A DNA stretch of 64,000 nucleotides from Lama glama (lineage: Eukaryota): positions 84,198,001-84,262,000 of the forward strand of contig CM052817.1 in the NCBI GenBank assembly GCA_028534125.1, in the 5' to 3' direction. The notes beneath the pieces are model-generated. The model worked only from the letters and a program-made list of their open reading frames with translations. It searched no databases and was not told where the DNA came from. How positions within the stretch are numbered: the stretch's first letter is position 1; each line of letters opens with the position of its first letter. The position numbers and the translations under genes are program-made. Below are positions 61,454 to 64,000 of the stretch, piece after piece.

Positions 61454-63915
61454 AGAGGAGATTTGCCAGAGAGATTGGCTCACACAATCATGGAGGCCAA
61501 GAAGTCTGCTGTCTGCAAACTGGTGAACCAGGAAAGGTAGTGGTGTAATTCAGTCTGAATCTGAAGGCCTGAGATCGAGGGGCTGATGGTATAAGTCCCA
61601 GTCTGAGTCCAAAAGTGCAACAGCTAGGAGTACTGATATCCCAGGAAAAGACAATGTCTCAGCTTAAGAAAAGAGAGGGAATTCACTTTTCCTCCATGTT
61701 TTTGTTCTATGCAGGCCCTGGTTGGATTGGATGACGCTCACAGCATTAGTGAGGGCCATTTTCTTACTCAGTCTGCTATTCAGCTGCTAATCTCTTCTAG
61801 AGGCACTGTCACAGACACACTGGGAAATAATGTTTTACCAGATATCTGGACATCCCTTAGCTGAGTCAAGTTGACACCTAAAATTAACCATCACTCCATC
61901 TCACAACTTTTATAGATATATGCTTCCTCATAGTGCAACTTTTCAACATGGCAAAAAGAATATGTTTGTTAACAAACCCAAATACATTTACCTTCCCTGT
62001 ACAATATAAAATAAGAAGCCAAAAGTATGTAAACTTAAACTTCTGCTTAGTAATGAATATTTTAGTAGTTTATCTTACTTAGAAATGATCTGTCTATTTT
62101 AACACATACGTGTTACTTGACTTAGCATAACTCTAAGGCTGCAAGTTACCAAAAAGACTTTGGAAACTGTGTTAAGGAAGACATGTTATTAAACAAAGTT
62201 AATCATCATCTCAAGTTATTACCCTGTAAATTATTTTGATAGCATGTGCACGTTAGGCAAGTATCACAAGAGTAAAACCTATAAAGGTTAAATACATGGG
62301 GTTTTTTGTTTTATGTGCTGGATATGCATGAAATAGTGGATAATGGTATCAAAACATTTATTTATACTACATCTTTACTTGACCAATTGTTCTCAGGTTG
62401 AAATTATAATTTTTATAATCTTAAACATCTAGTTGTTATAATATTATCTTCTTTGACTTACCTTATTGGACCCAAGTAAAATTAAAATTTTACTTAATGC
62501 TGAAATTGTGAAGACATAGTCATTTTTATTGAACCAATGATACCAAACTAGTTTTATTTATCAAAGATTTACTCAAGTCACATGAACTTCAAAACCATTT
62601 GAGTTAGTTTTTAAATTTCTGAGAGTTTTAGGAGTAACTTATTTATATAAGTGCTTATTTATCTCTAAACCAATTTGAGAACTATTTTATGGGATTTTGT
62701 AAGTTAATTTGGTAATACCATCCAAAGGTAGAAAAATGTCACGTGTATATGGCATATATACATATATAAACACATACAAGTATATAGACACAAATAGAGA
62801 CCTAATAGCTTCCATTCTAAAATTTTAGCTGTGAGTTTGATAAACATAGTAACATAAACTTGGTGATTTATAAGAAGTAGCTGGGCCTCATCTTTGGTCC
62901 ACTTTCCATTTTTATCTGAATTGTGTTTCTGGTGAATAGAGCAAGTTGAGATTACCTACTCAATAGAGAGCTAAAGGATTTTACCAGTATTTGTGGAGGA
63001 AACATGAAGACTTTCTTTTGCCCTCATACATAATCTTAAAGAGGCTCTTGACTGAATTTTAGGTGAGAGACTGAGCGGAGATCAGTCAGTTGTCTGAATG
63101 TTTCCAAAGCTCATCTGAGTGGATGAAATATCCAGTCTGTTTACAGTAGCCTTTTTCCCCTTTTCAGCCTCAGATAGTTGCTTCCAGGGGTTCCTTAGTC
63201 CCTTGAGAGCCCCCCATGGGGGCAAGGGGCTTAAAGTTCTATTGCCTGTGGGGAGTTGGGGGTCTAGAGGGGAAAGAAAAGGTCTAACAGGGGTAGCTGG
63301 AGGGACAGAGGAGGCGGGAGTTTGAAGGTGGACGTATCAAAAGATTCAAGGAATGAGGGGAAGAGTGAAGGTGAAAGGCAGAGGTCTTAGATGTGCCAGT
63401 TCAGAGAGATCTTTAGTTCCAAATTATCCTTTGTAAAATCATGCCAACAAGAGAGGAAATGGACAGTTAGTGCAGTAATGGTGGAGCATATAGTTAGCAA
63501 GAGTTTGAGAAGGGCATTCCAATCAACTAAGTTCTTATGGGAGAGGCAGGGTCAAATGGAGAGAACAAAGAGGCTTCACAAGGTGCCAGAAAAGAAATTT
63601 CCTGCCCAGGAGTCAGGGAATAAATCTCCATTTGAAACAAAGAGCCAAGGAGAACTTCCACTCCAGAGCTCTGATGATGAATCTTATCCTATCTAAGTTA
63701 CAGCAACATAACTGTTAAAGAAAAATGTACTCCAACACTTGTTAAAACAGTAAGGAAGACTTTATTCAGAACTGTTTTGAAAGGTATCAAGATTGGCAAT
63801 AGGGGAGAATGACAGGGCTCAACTCTAAATACAGCAAGTATGAGTGGAGATTTATAGCTAAGAGGCAGAGGCTGTGGGAGTCCGTGGGTAAAAATTTACT
63901 AAGAGGAGACAACAA
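57970..63915 (-). mobile_element. MER31-type non-coding ERV1 provirus: 3' LTR 57970-58397, internal 58398-63712, truncated 5' LTR 63713-63915
   Basis: Two homologous same-orientation LTRs, polypurine tract at 58398-58412, and a PBS-like 18-mer at 63691-63708 (13/18 to the tRNA-His PBS TGGTGCCGTGACTCGGAT). Confidence 0.8.
61368..61894 (-). mobile_element. MLT2 LTR with (CA)n, nested in the provirus
   Basis: tattagtcaaggctctccacagaaacagaa ... aagttgacacctaaaattaaccatcac. Confidence 0.85.
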
Positions 63916-64000
63916 GACACATTATTGCTAATTACCAGAGAAATGCAAATCAAACCTACAAAGAATTATCCCTTCACTGTGGTCAGAATGGCCATCATTA
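63916..64000 (+). mobile_element. L1 ORF2 fragment
   Basis: cagagaaatgcaaatcaaacctaca...gtcagaatggccatcatta. Confidence 0.8.

Noticed and set aside
1..64000. Prokaryotic-type systems (CRISPR arrays, operons, rRNA)
   Set aside because: The sequence is mammalian, and no regularly spaced repeats or long ORFs were seen.

Overview
This is an AT-rich mammalian genomic window, most likely camelid (two Vic-1-type tRNA-derived SINEs). It has no intact protein-coding gene or CpG island and contains one 500-N assembly gap. A large part is interspersed repeats: L1, L2, MIR, MLT1/MLT2, ERV1 LTRs, a MER31-type provirus, and hAT and Tigger elements. The main result is that the unique sequence between the repeats contains more than 30 minus-strand exon-like segments, from ~58 kb down to the window start. 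They have polypyrimidine-AG acceptors, GT (or decayed AT/GC) donors, and often compatible phases. Their translations repeatedly resemble RGS-domain motifs in the order I recall for RGS22/RGSL1, but carry stops, frameshifts and TE insertions. I interpret this as an anciently dead multi-RGS-domain locus, probably two tandem paralogues (unit A ~58-17.6 kb, unit B ~16.4 kb to <1), of a gene family member apparently lost in this lineage. All protein and repeat-family similarities come from visual comparison with remembered sequences and need HMM/BLAST confirmation.
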